Shown here in pieces: positions 13,283-25,909 of a DNA stretch of 64,000 nt. Within the stretch, counting starts at the first letter, position 1, and each line of letters starts with the position of its first letter. Below the pieces are notes generated by a model, which saw nothing but the letters and a program-made list of their open reading frames with translations, did not search any database and was not told the DNA's origin. This DNA is from Eledone cirrhosa (lineage: Eukaryota): positions 9,548,001-9,612,000 of the forward strand of contig OZ024766.1 of NCBI GenBank assembly GCA_964016885.1. The letters run 5' to 3'. The position numbers were made by a program, and so were the translations under genes.

Positions 13283-13331
13283 TTGCTTACAATTGTTTCC
13301 TCCAAACCGAGGTTTGGATTCTTCGGAGCAA
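13283..13331 (-). ncRNA. Hammerhead variant with CCGAAGA core (identical motif to 2426-2474)
   Basis: Same 49-nt motif inside a repeat shared with 2391-2600. Confidence 0.6.
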
Positions 13332-13960
13332 CTATTTACTGATCTATAACATACTTGACCTCCTTTTCAACCCAAGAGACACATAAAACATATGCGCATA
13401 TTGATCAACAGTGGGGTGACACTCATCAAATGATATAGCATGGCAATTTACATGTAAAGGTTACAGGATAAAAATAAAAATAAAAATAAAAGCAAGAATG
13501 AAAATAAAGATAAACATGAAGCGTTGGCAGTCTATGAAGATAAAGCAAGAGGAAAGCTTAGAGTAGTCAGTGCATGAAACAATCTCACGTGTAGCATGCA
13601 CGCGTGTCTTATTTATACATGATTAGAGTGCGTCAGAATGATATTTGCAGGGTCAGGCAGTTGAAGCAGGCAATCGATCTTATTATGTGGGCTGGATTAT
13701 TAAGTCATTTATTCTCATACATCTGTATGATATACAGTCTCGGATGCAGGGAAGCACCAAAATATCAGAAACTTTCCACATACTATAAACCTTATTGTAT
13801 CGTAGGCAAAGCCGTACCACTGTCTTCGCTCACACCGCCACTCACATAATCCATGGGACGCAATATTTATATATATTGTTATACTTGGGGAGGGCCATAT
13901 TGTTGTAATATTGGGAAATTTTCCATGGTTTCTTTTTTGTTACATCCTCTGGGTTTTTTT

Positions 13961-15962
13961 TACACGCAGAAATGTCCATTTGTACCGCCCTGTATTGTCC
14001 TGTACTGTCCTTAATGTCTACTTTATGTAAACCCTTGTGGTTAATAAAGAAAGCATTACACGCAGAAATGTCCATTTGTACCGCCCTGTATTGTCCTGTA
14101 CTGTCCTTAATGTCTACTTTATGTAAACCCTTGTGGTTAATAAAGAAAGCATTACACGCAGAAATGCCCATTTGTACTGCCCTGTATTGTCCTGTACTGT
14201 CCTTAATGTCTACTTTATGTAAACCCTTGTGGTTAATAAAGAAAGCATTACACGCAGAAATGCCCATTTGTACCGCCCTGTATTATCCTGTACTGTCCTT
14301 AATGTCTACTTTATGTAAACCCTTGTGGTTAAAGAAAGCATTACACGCAGAAATGCCCATTTGTACCGCCCTGTATTGTCCTGTACTGTCCTTAATGTCT
14401 TACTTTATGTAAACCCTTGTGGTTAATAAAGAAAGCATTACACGCAGAAATGTCCATTTGTACCGCCCTGTATTGTCCTGCACTGTCCTTAATGTCTACT
14501 TTATGTAAACCCTTGTGGTTAATAAAGAAAGCATTACACGCAGAAATGCCCATTTGTACCGCCCTGTATTGTCCTGTACTGTCCTTAATGTCTACTTTAT
14601 GTAAACCCTTGTGGTTAATAAAGAAAGCATTACACGCAGAAATGCCCATTTGTACCGCCCTGTATTGTCCTGTACTGTCCTTAATGTCTTACTTTGTGTA
14701 AACCCTTGTGGTTAATAAAGAAAGCATTACACGCAGAAATGCCCATTTGTACCGCCCTGTATTGTCCTGTACTGTCCTTAATGTCTTACTTTGTGTAAAC
14801 CCTTGTGGTTAATAAAGAAAGCATTACACGCAGAAATGCCCATTTGTACCGCCCTGTATTGTCCTGCACTGTCCTTAATGTCTACTTTATGTAAACCCTT
14901 GTGGTTAATAAAGAAAGCATTACATGCAGAAATGCCCATTTGTACCGCCCTGTATTGTCCTGTACTGTCCTTAATGTCTACTTTATGTAAACCCTTGTGG
15001 TTAATAGAGAAAGCATTACACGCAGAAATGCCCATTTGTACCGCCCTTTATTGTCCTGTACTGTCCTTAATGTCTTACTTTGTGTAAACCCTTGTGGTTA
15101 ATAAAGAAAGCATTACATGCAGAAATGCCCATTTGTACCGCCCTGTATTGTCCTGTACTGTCCTTAATGTCTTACTTTATGTAAACCCTTGTGGTTAATA
15201 AAGAAAGCATTACACGCAGAAATGTCCATTTGTACCGCCCTGTACTGTCCTTAATGTCTTACTTTGTGTAAACCCTTGTGGTTAATAAAGAAAGCATTAC
15301 ATGCAGAAATGCCCATTTGTACCGCCCTGTATTGTCCTGTACTGTCCTTAATGTCTACTTTATGTAAACCCTTGTGGTTAATAAAGAAAGCATTACACGC
15401 AGAAATGTCCATTTGTACCGCCCTGTATTGTCCTGCACTGTCCTTAATGTCTACTTTATGTAAACCCTTGTGGTTAATAAAGAAAGCATTACACGCAGAA
15501 ATGTCCATTTGTACCGCCCTGTATTGTCCTGCACTGTCCTTAATGTCTACTTTATGTAAACCCTTGTGGTTAATAAAGAAAGCATTACACGCAGAAATGC
15601 CCATTTGTACCGCCCTGTATTGTCCTGTACTGTCCTTAATGTCTACTTTATGTAAACCCTTGTGGTTAATAAAGAAAGCATTACACGCAGAAATGTCCAT
15701 TTGTACCGCCCTGTATTGTCCTGCACTGTCCTTAATGTCTACTTTATGTAAACCCTTGTGGTTAATAAAGAAAGCATTACACGCAGAAATGTCCATTTGT
15801 ACCGCCCTGTATTGTCCTGTACTGTCCTTAATGTCTACTTTATGTAAACCCTTGTGGTTAATAAAGAAAGCATTACACGCAGAAATGTCCATTTGTACCG
15901 CCCTGTACTGTCCTTAATGTCTTACTTTGTGTAAACCCTTGTGGTTAATAAAGAAAGCATTA
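13961..15962 (+). repeat. 96-bp minisatellite, ~21 units, derived from the Tx1-like LINE 3' tail
   Basis: Unit matches 18933-19025 and ends ggttAATAAAgaaa. Confidence 0.95.
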
Positions 15963-15991
15963 ATAGACAAATCATTATTATTATTATTATC

Positions 15992-16435
15992 ACTTTCTTC
16001 TTCGGCGAATCCCTGATTAATTTGAAGAGGAAAATCAGGGTGGAGAAGCAAGTGCTGCCCTCTAGCAAGTTTGTTGAAAGGTGGGTGAATGTAGCGAGAA
16101 TGGTCCGAGTGAACGGGACCGCTCTGAATATACGTCTGTAGTTTGAGGAATGGGAAAATTGAGAGAGGGGCGCTTGCCCTGGTGGTCAGGGTGACCGTGG
16201 TCTTTTGTGTGGTTTTTGCCACGAGTAACCCTCGGAGGTTTTCCCCCGTATTGGGGAATTTTTAAATTGTTTGAATTTTCATTTCTATTGTTTATATATA
16301 TATATATGTTTTTATGTCTTTTTCTTTTCTTATATAAATAATAAAAATCTTTACACACACAAAACCCACATTGTACAGTCCTGTGCCGTCTGTAATGTTT
16401 TTCTTGATGCCAGCCCTTGTGGCCAATAAAGAAAT
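15992..16435 (+). mobile_element. L1/Tx1-like 3' fragment
   Basis: LKRKIRVEKQVLPSSKFVERWVNVARMVRVNG; AATAAAGAAA followed by (ATT)n. Confidence 0.75.
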
Positions 16436-17069
16436 CATTATTATTATTATAATGGCAGTGAATTGGCAGTATCGGTAGAGAGTCGGACGCCATGCTTTGC
16501 AGCATAGTTACGTCCCTTTACGATCTGAGTTCAAATCCCGCCGAGGTTAACTTTGCCTTTCATCCTTACGGGGTCGATAAAATAAAGTACCAGTAATGTA
16601 CTGGTTAATTATTGGCCTTGTGCCAAAAGTAGAAACAATTATTATTATTATAATTAAAGGTGGAGGGCAGTGGATTGGCAGTATCGGTAGAGGGTCGGAC
16701 GCCATGCTTTCCAGCACAGTTACGTCCCTTTACGATCTGAGTTCAAATCCCGCCGAGGTTGACTTTGCCTTTCATCCTTACGGGGTCGATAAAATAAAGT
16801 ACCAGTAATGCACTGGGGTAATTGCTGGCCTTGTCCCTAAAGTAGAAACAATTATTATAATTAAAGGTGGAAAACTGGGAGAGGGCACTTGCCCTGGTGG
16901 TCAGGGTCACTGTGGCCTTTTACTGGGCTTTCTCCACAAATGTCCCTCCGAAGTCTCCCCCCTATTGGGGAATTTTTCATTGTTATTTTTTTGTTACATC
17001 CTCTGTTTTTGTTTTTTTACACGCAAAACTACACCTGATGTACCCCTTCCATACACATGCACACATGTG

Positions 17070-18080
17070 TGTATCATGACTCGTGCACTGTTCATTTTAC
17101 TGATGTTTGTGCATTGCCCTATGTACTGTACATGCTCTTTTTTGATGAGTTGTGGTGCACCTGGGCACTGTACACAATATTTCATTATTGTTATTATTAT
17201 TATATCATGACTCATACACTGTTCATTTTCCTGACATTTGTACATTATTCTATGTACTATACATGCACCTTTGATGAGTTGTGGTGCACCTGGGCACTGT
17301 ACACAATATTTCATTATTGTTATTATTATATCATGACTCGTACACTGTTCATTTTCCTGACATTTGTACATTATTCTATGTACTATACATGCACCTTTGA
17401 TGAGTTGTAGTGCACCTGAGCACTGTACACAATATTTCATTATTGTTATTATTATATCATGACTCGTACACTGTTCATTTTCCTGACATTTGTACATTAT
17501 TCTATGTACTATACATGCACCTTTGATGAGTTGTAGTGCACCTGAGCACTGTACACAATATTTCATTATTGTTATTATTATATCATGACTCGTACACTGT
17601 TCATTTTCCTGATATTTGTACATTATTCTATGTACTATACATGCACCTTTGATGAGTTGTAGTGCACCTGGGCACTGTACACAATATTTCATTATTGTTA
17701 TTATTATATCATGACTCATACACTGTTCATTTTCCTGACATTTGTACATTATTCTATGTACTATACATGCACCTTTGATGAGTTGTAGTGCACCTGGGCA
17801 CTGTACACAATATTTCATTATTGTTATTATTATATCATGACTCATACACTGTTCATTTTCCTGACATTTGTACATTATTCTATGTACTATACATGCACCT
17901 TTGATGAGTTGTAGTGCACCTGGGCACTGTACACAATATTTCATTATTGTTATTATTATATCATGACTCATACACTGTTCATTTTCCTGACATTTGTACA
18001 TTATTCTATGTACTATACATGCACCTTTGATGAGTTGTAGTGCACCTGAGCACTGTACACAATAATTTCATTATTATTAT
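17070..18080 (+). repeat. 126-bp minisatellite, ~8 units, derived from the CR1-like 3' tail
   Basis: Unit matches 45925-46042 and 730-840. Confidence 0.93.
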
Positions 18081-18084
18081 TATT

Positions 18085-18288
18085 AAAGGCGGTGGATTGG
18101 CAGTATCGGTAGAGGGTCGGGACGCCATGCTTTGAAGCATAAAGTTACGTCCCTTTACGATCTGAGTTCAAATCCCGCCGAGGTTGACTTTGCCTTTCAT
18201 CCTTACGGGGGTCGATAAAATAAAGTACCAGTAATACACTGGGATAATTGCTGGCCTTGTGCCAAAAGTAGAAACAATTATTATTATT
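18085..18288 (+). mobile_element. Second SINE family; copies at 2165-2352(-), 9563-9750, 16453-16650, 16660-16860, 19415-20155, 57620-57815, 63260-63400
   Basis: tggcagtatcggtag...gagttcaaatccc (A/B boxes), ctttgcctttcatccttacggggtcgataaaat, (ATT)n tail. Confidence 0.82.
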
Positions 18289-18381
18289 AAATGCCCATTT
18301 GTACCGTCCTGTATTGTCCTGCACTGTCCTTAATGTCTACTTTATGTAAACCCTTGTGGTTAATAAAGAAATCATTATTAT

Positions 18382-19028
18382 TTGCACGCACTCGTCCAGT
18401 GTCCGAAAATTGCTGACTTGTGGGTTTATGTCGAACACCTGCTGTCGCGTTTAGGACGGATCCAGCTATCATCTGAGTCTATCGTGAGGATTGCCCCGCC
18501 CTCCTCCTTTAGCCGGGAAGGGCAGGCAGTTTTTATCTGTCTGGTGGCCATGGCGAAAGAGATAGTATGGTGGACACGTTTGAAAGGGCTGAAGACGAGC
18601 ACTTACCTCTTCGGTGATGCTCTGATTGACTTTTTCAAATTTCATTTGAAAAGGAAAATCAGAGTAGAGAAGGAAGTGCTCTCTTCCCAGCATTTTGTTG
18701 AAAGATGGGTGAGAGAAGCAAGAATGGCCCGAGTGAATGGGCCGACTCTGAGTATATATCTGTAAACTAAAGGTGGAAAACTGGGAGAGGGCACTTGCCT
18801 TGGTGGTCAGGGTCATTGTGGCTTTTTACTGGGCTTTCTCCACAAATGTCCCTCCGAAGTCTCCCCCCTATTGGGGAATTTTTCATTGTTATTTTCATTG
18901 TTATTTTTGTTACATCCTCTGTTTTTGTTTTTTTACACGCAGAAATGCCCATTTGTACCGTCCTGTATTGTCCTGCACTGTCCTTAATGTCTACTTTATG
19001 TAAACCCTTGTGGTTAATAAAGAAATCA
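18382..19028 (+). mobile_element. L1/Tx1-like 3' fragment
   Basis: HALVQCPKIADLW...MAKEIVWWTRLKGL...ERWVREARMARV; its tail equals the 96-bp satellite unit. Confidence 0.82.
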
Positions 19029-19069
19029 TTATTAATTATTATTATTATTATTATTATTATATATTTCAG

Positions 19070-19204
19070 GTCCGTTGCAAAGCCGACCCTTTTCTGGAGC
19101 AGGAGAGGGAGTTGTTTGTGTACTTCCATACGAACGTGGCCAAACTGGGGCAGTGTGTCGAGACTGTGGAGTCGAGGGTGGAGGCGAAGAGGATCACGCA
19201 GTGA
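19070..19204 (+). CDS. HAUS3: HAUS3 terminal coding exon
   Basis: tttcag|; ADPFLEQERELFVYFHTNVAKLGQCVETVE resembles HAUS3 C-terminal HQMEREFYVYFLKDEDYLKDIVENLE; TGA ends at 19204. Confidence 0.93.
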   Translation, partial: VRCKADPFLEQERELFVYFHTNVAKLGQCVETVESRVEAKRITQ

Positions 19205-19380
19205 ACATTTGGGGGCTGACCGTTTGACCACCTCCCGCAGCAACAACAGCAACACCAACGTGAAGGTGAAGGTCAAATCAGGTGAGGTCAGGGTCAAGCC
19301 AGCTGAGGTCAGCATCGGGTCACGTTAGATTAAGATGGGGGTCAGATCAGATTAAGTAAGGTCAAGTCAGATAAAATCCC

Positions 19381-19412
<32 letters not shown>

Positions 19413-19494
19413 CTTTACGGCACAGAGTTATGGCCCTTTACTGCTTGAGTTCAAATCCCGCTGAGGTTAACTTTGCCTTTCATCCTTATGAGGT

Positions 19495-20155
19495 CGATAA
19501 AATAAAGTACCAGTAATGCACTGGAGTAATTGCTGGCCTTGTGCCAAAAGTAGAAACAATTGTTATTATTATAAAGTACCAGTAATACACTGGTATCTAT
19601 TTAATCGACTTTCCCCTCCCTCCCCCCAAATTGACATAGAGTTATGGCCCTGGCCGCCGGGGTTGACTTTGTCTTTCATCTTTATGGAGTTGATAAAATA
19701 AAGTACCAGTAATGCACTGGGGTAATTGCTGGCCTTGTGCCAAAAGTAGAAACAATTGTTATTATTATAAAGTACCAGTAATACACTGGTATCTATTTAA
19801 TCGACTTTCCCCTCCCTCCCCCCAAATTGACATAGAGTTATGGCCCTGGCCGCCGGGGTTGACTTTGTCTTTCATCTTTATGGAGTTGATAAAATAAAGT
19901 ACCAGTAATGCACTGGGGTAATTGCTGGCCTTGTGCCAAAAGTAGAAACAATTGTTATTATTATAAAGTACCAGTAATACACTGGTATCTATTTAATCGA
20001 CTTTCCCCTCCCTCCCCCCAAATTGACATAGAGTTATGGCCCTGGCCGCCGGGGTTGACTTTGTCTTTCATCTTTATGGAGTTGATAAAATAAAGTACCA
20101 GTAATACACTGGGGTAATTGCTGGCCTTGTGCCAAAAGTATAAACAATCATTATT
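19495..20155 (+). repeat. 196-bp SINE-derived tandem repeat, ~3.3 units
   Basis: Near-identical ORFs at 19516, 19712 and 19908. Confidence 0.92.
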
Positions 20156-20306
20156 ATTGCTATTAACTCTCCTTTCCATCCTTCCAGGGTCGTTAACATA
20201 TAATACCAGTAATACGCTCTGCCTTAGACTGTTTATGTAAGAAATATATTTCCTTTTATTTGTTATTGTTGAGATTTGTTTCATTTTTTGTTTTGTTTTG
20301 TTGTTA

Positions 20307-20374
<68 letters not shown>

Positions 20375-20414
20375 ATATATTAATAAATGGAAACTATACT
20401 TATAAAACCATAAT

Positions 20415-20479
20415 TATTTTATTATATATATTTCAAGGACAACCAAGGCAATCTTGGTGCGCTTTCATCAGATAAAATA
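20415..20479 (-). ncRNA. Type I hammerhead ribozyme motif
   Basis: Minus strand: tattttat CTGATGA aagcgcaccaag-attgc-cttggttgtcctt GAAA tatatata ataaaata. Confidence 0.75.
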
Positions 20480-20842
20480 CAAGATTTGTTTTATAAATAT
20501 TGACATCATTTCATTTTACGTCCCCTTTTTCCCTGCTTGCAAGGGTGGGACGGGAACTGATTCTGGCTTGATTTCTACAGCTGGATGCCCTTCCTAACAC
20601 CAACCTCATTTACAGTGAGTGCTGGGTGCTTTTTTTGCCGTGGCACCTCCACGACCACTTTACAGTGGAATGATAGGGACCCCAGTCCCTATCATTTCAT
20701 TTCTACAGCTGAGTAAACTGGAGCAATGTGAAATAAAGTGTCTTGCTCAAGGAAACAACACATCACCCGGTCTGAGAATTGAATTCACAACCTTTCGATT
20801 GCAAGCCCAATGCTCTAACCACTAAGCCCTGTGCCTCCATAT

Positions 20843-22358
20843 ATCATCATCATCATCATCATCAACGTTTAACGTCCGTGTTCCACGCTTGCATGGGTTT
20901 GGACGGGGGTAGTCCCACTTGAGGCAAGAGTGATTGTCTTGCTCGCATAGGACTGTCTGGCAGGTTTTCTACAGTTGGATGCCCTTCCTAACACCAACCA
21001 CATTTACAGTGTGGGTCTGGGAGGTTTTTACCGTGTTGCCTACACGGCCACATTACAGCGTGGACTGTGTGTTTTTTTTGTCGTGACACCTACACGATCT
21101 CATTTGTTTCGGCCTGGATGGCGCGGCACCAACATAACTTTACATAGAACGGGGTGGTGTGGATGGGGTGGGGGTGGCGGCGGGAGGGGTGTATTTTGTT
21201 AGAGATGCCTACTGGCAAGGCGGGTCTTCTCTGTTACTGAGTACCGCCAAAGGTCACGGTCCAGTGACATTGTCTTGGAAAGGTGTAAGTGTGTGAGGTC
21301 GGAGTTTATCAGCTCATCCCATGTTTTTCTAGGTCTGCCTATTCCGTGGCTACCGTCTATCTTTATTGCCCTGCACTTTGTAATACAGCTATCGACTTTC
21401 ATGCGCATCACGTGTCCATACCAACGCAGCCTTCTCTCGAGTAAACAACATCTGATCCCTCTTATCTCTAATTTTTTCCTTAGTTCGTTTATGCTTTGCC
21501 GTTCACGTATATTACTGTTACACATCCAGCGGAGCATGCAAGCTTCGTTCCTCTCTAGTCTGCGTATATCCTCTGCACACAATGCCCAGGTCTCACTACC
21601 ATGCAACATTGCTGTTCGTATGCAGGCATCGTACAACCTGCCTTTCATTTTTAGGGAGAACCCTTTAGCAGCTAATAGTGGTATAAGCTCTCTGAACTTT
21701 TTCCAACCAGTTCTGACTCTAGCTACAGTACTTTCAGAGCACCCTCCCCCACTGCTGATTTTATCGCCCAGGTAACGGAAGCTGTCCACTATTTCTATAG
21801 AACCCTCTGCGCAATTGAAAGAGCTAGTATTTTGTGGGCACTTGCTGCTACTTATTGCACCAGAACACCGGCCACATGTAAAGTCTATGTTCTTAGTTAG
21901 CTTACCTGTGATCCCACTACATCTTTTATGCACCCATACTTTGCATTTAGGACATAAGATGGAGTTTCTACCTACGCCTTTCCTACATACCGAGCACGAC
22001 CATTTCCCAGAAGGGACCGCCGCCTTGTTTTCTTTCCTACAAACTAGAACTTTGGTCTTAGCCAGGTTAATTTTAAGTCCTTTTGACTCTAGGCCGTGCT
22101 TCCATGTTTGGAATTTCTTCTCTAGCTCGGCCATTGATTCCGCTATGAGTGTCAGGTCGTCTGCGTATAGGAGTTCCCATGGGCAGCCTGTCTTGAACTC
22201 CTCTGTTATAGCCTGAAGGGCAATAATAAATAGTAGGGGGCTGAGAACAGAGCCCTGATGGACGCCAACTTTTACGCTAAACTCTTCACTATATTCGTTG
22301 TTAATTCTAACCTTGCTGACTGTTTCTTTATACATGGCTTGTATAGCCCTCACAAGCC
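20843..22358 (-). mobile_element. RTE-clade LINE, 5'-truncated: uninterrupted ORF2 RT C-terminal half (21199-22358), 3' UTR and (GAT)n tail
   Basis: GVHQGSVLSPLLF, LLYADDL, FRYLG, RRLRWYGHV, GRPRKTW motifs; embedded Cys/His finger CSVC...CPKC..WVH..C...CGRC. Confidence 0.93.
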
Positions 22359-22359
22359 A

Positions 22360-22405
<46 letters not shown>

Positions 22406-22406
22406 T

Positions 22407-22457
<51 letters not shown>

Positions 22458-22929
22458 CATCATCCGGTGGCCTCGTCCGAAATGGACTCAACAATTGATC
22501 TCCACGGGGGTCTGTCGTTCATTGCTGTTGCCAAGTCTTGGATTTCAATACCAGAATCTCTGGAGATGACATCGGGGTAGCATAGCTTGCGTCCCCTGTT
22601 ATTAGTATGCTTAAAATAAACATTTGCAGAGCCGTAGCTATGCCAAAACACCACCGACTAACACCATCGGGCGGTGTCCAGCAGAAGCAAGGGAGACAAT
22701 CGTGGATGCGCATTTCGAAACTGGACTGGTTCTCATTGACACAACCCCTCCCACAATTGGACAAGATATATCATCATCATCATCATCGTTTAACGTCTAT
22801 CTTCCACGCTAGCATGGGTTAGACGGGAGTTGTCCCAATTTGAGGCAAGATTGGTCGGGTGACCGTGTCTCGCTCATATAGGACTGTCTGGCAGGTTTTC
22901 TATGGCTGGATGCTCTTCCTAACACCAAC

Positions 22930-24010
22930 CACGTTTACAGCGTGGACTGGGAGGTTTTTACCATGTTACGTACACGGCCACTTTACAGTGTGGACTGGGA
23001 GGTTTTTACCGTGTTACCTACACGGCCACATTACAGTGTGGACTGGGAGGTGTTTACCGTGTTACCTACACTACCACATTACAGTGTGGACTGGGAGGTT
23101 TTTACCGTGTTACCTACACAACCACTTTACAGTGTGGACTGGGAGCTTTTTACCGTGTTACCTACACTACCACATTACAGTGTGGACTGGGAGGTTTTTA
23201 CCATGTTACGTACACGGCCACTTTACAGTGTGGACTGGGAGGTTTTTACCGTGTTACCTACACGGCCACATTACAGTGTGGACTGGGAGGTGTTTACCGT
23301 GTTACCTACACTACCACATTACAGTGTGGACTGGGAGGTTTTTACCGTGTTACCTACACAACCACTTTACAGTGTGGACTGGGAGCTTTTTACCGTGTTA
23401 CCTACACGACCACTTTACAGTGTGGACTGGGAGCCTTTTTACCGTGTTACCTACACTACCACTTTACAGTGTGGACTGGGAGCTTTTTACCGTGTTACCT
23501 ACACGGCCACATTACAGTGTGGACTGGGAGGTTTTTACCATGTTACGTACACGGCCACTTAACAGTGTGGACTGGGAGCCTTTTTACCGTGTTACCTACA
23601 CTACCACTTTACAGTGTGGACTGGGAGGTTTTTACCGTGTTACCTACACTACCACATTACAGTGTGGACTGGGAGGTTTTTACCGTGTTACCTACACTAC
23701 CACATTACAGTGTGGACTGGGAGGTTTTTACCGTGTTACCTACACTACCACTTTACAGTGTGGACTGGGAGCTTTTTACCGTGTTACCTACACGGCCACA
23801 TTAGTGTGGACTGGGAGGTTTTTACCGTTTTACCTACACGGCCACATTACAGTGTGGACTGGGAGGTTTTTACCGTGTTACCTACACTACCACTTTACAG
23901 TGTGGACTGGGAGGTTTTTACCGTGTTACCTACATGGCCACATTACAGTGTGGACTGGGAGCTTTTTACCATGTTACCTACAAAGCCACATCACAGCATG
24001 GACTGTGTGT
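22930..24010 (+). repeat. 48-bp minisatellite within an RTE 3' UTR
   Basis: ttacagtgtggactgggaggtttttaccgtgttacctacac... Confidence 0.93.
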
Positions 24011-24769
24011 TTTTTTGTCGTGACACCTATACAACCTCATTAGTTTGGACTGGATGTTGTGGTACCAACTTTACAGAGAGGGTGGTGTTGGTGGGAGTGG
24101 GAGGATAGAGTAGGGGTAGTGGATTGGGGTGTATATTTGGTTAAGAGATGCCTATAGGTTTCGCTTTGTACATAGGCAAGGCATTTACATTACATTACTC
24201 TATATATACTATTATATTTTCACAGTAAAGGCTTTACCTCACATAATATCTCACATAACATTTACATTACTCTATATATACTATTGTATTTTCACAGTAA
24301 AGGCTTTACCTCACATAATATCTCACATAACATTTACATTACTCTATATATACTATTGTATTGTCACAGTAAAGGCTTTACCTCACATAACCTTTACATT
24401 ACTCTATATAGACTATTGTATTTTCATGGTAAAGTCTTTACCTAGCATAATATTGAATCTACGAGATTTTGAGAACAATACCTTAACATCAGTATGAATG
24501 ACCAGTTACAGCCAGTTTGAACAGAAAGAGGTGAGAAAATTCTGGCCGGATATGGGCGGTTTAAATTATGTTTATTTTTCAACATATGCTCCATCTAGGA
24601 CCTAGATTCTAGGTCTATACACTTGTGCAATCGTTGATACCAGCCTTTAAGTTTCATCTGTGTCATATTTTTAATGAAGGACTCTGTCTGTGGTTTTCAA
24701 ATAATTTTGAAAATAATCAAGAATTTGATTGGAATTAGTAATATATCAAACTTTCTTATGATTAAGCTG

Positions 24770-25420
24770 GTAATTGGAACATAACTTAACAAAGGTTCTT
24801 ACATAAAATTACAATGGAAAGTTTTTAGATAAATATAAACACTTTAAAACAAGCAGTTTTGTATCATAGAACCATAGGTGTTTGGAACATAACTTAACAA
24901 AGGTTCTTACATAAAATTTTAATGGAAAGTTTTTTTTAGACTTTAACGCTTTCCTTACCATATTTCTAATGAAAGACACTGTTGGTGTTTGGAACATAAC
25001 TTAATAAAGGTTCTTACATGAAATTATGATGGGAGGTTTTTAGATAAATATAACCACTTTAAAACAAGCAGTTTTGTATCATAGAACCAGGGGTGTTTGG
25101 AACATAGCTTAATAAAGGTTCTTACATGAAATTATCATGGAAGGTTTTTAGATAAATATAACCACTTTAAAACAAGCAGTTTTGTATCATAGAACCAGGG
25201 GTGTTTGGAACATAGCTTAACAAAGGTTCTTACATAAAATTATGATGGAAGGTTTTTAGATAAATATAAACATTTACCCCTTTCATTACCATATTTCTAA
25301 TGAAAGACACTGTTGGTGTTTGGAACATAACTTAACAAAGGTCCTTAAATAAAATTATAATGGAAGGTTTTTAGATAAATACAAACACTTTAAAACAAAC
25401 AGTTTTTTACAAAAAAGTTT
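24770..25420 (+). repeat. ~100-bp degenerate tandem repeat; also at 51955-52720 and 47665-47990
   Basis: ttggaacataacttaacaaaggttcttacat...ttagataaatataaac. Confidence 0.8.
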
Positions 25421-25909
25421 ATTATAGAAATATTTTCTTTTCAAAATAGATTTTTAATTTTGGAAATAACCAATATATATATATATATTTATATATATAT
25501 ATATTTATTTATATATATTTATATATATATATTTATTTATATATATATATTTATATATATATATTTATATAGATATATATATAAACAGCCCACTTATATA
25601 CAATATATATGATGATGATGATGATGATGAATTTATATGAGTTTAACCCTACATGTCCCCCACAGAAACCACATATATACAGATTTTATGAACCAGCCCA
25701 CCTTTTATTGAATATAAAAATATATTACTGCTCTATATATTTACATTTCATCATCATCATCAACATCACCTTTTAACATCCATTCTCCATGCTGGCATGG
25801 GTTGGACGAGATGCCCTGTTGTGAGACAAGTCAGGTCAGATGACTGTGTCTTGCTCATACAGAACTGTTTCTGGTTTGGTTTCTACGGCTGGATGCCCTT
25901 CCTTAAGCG

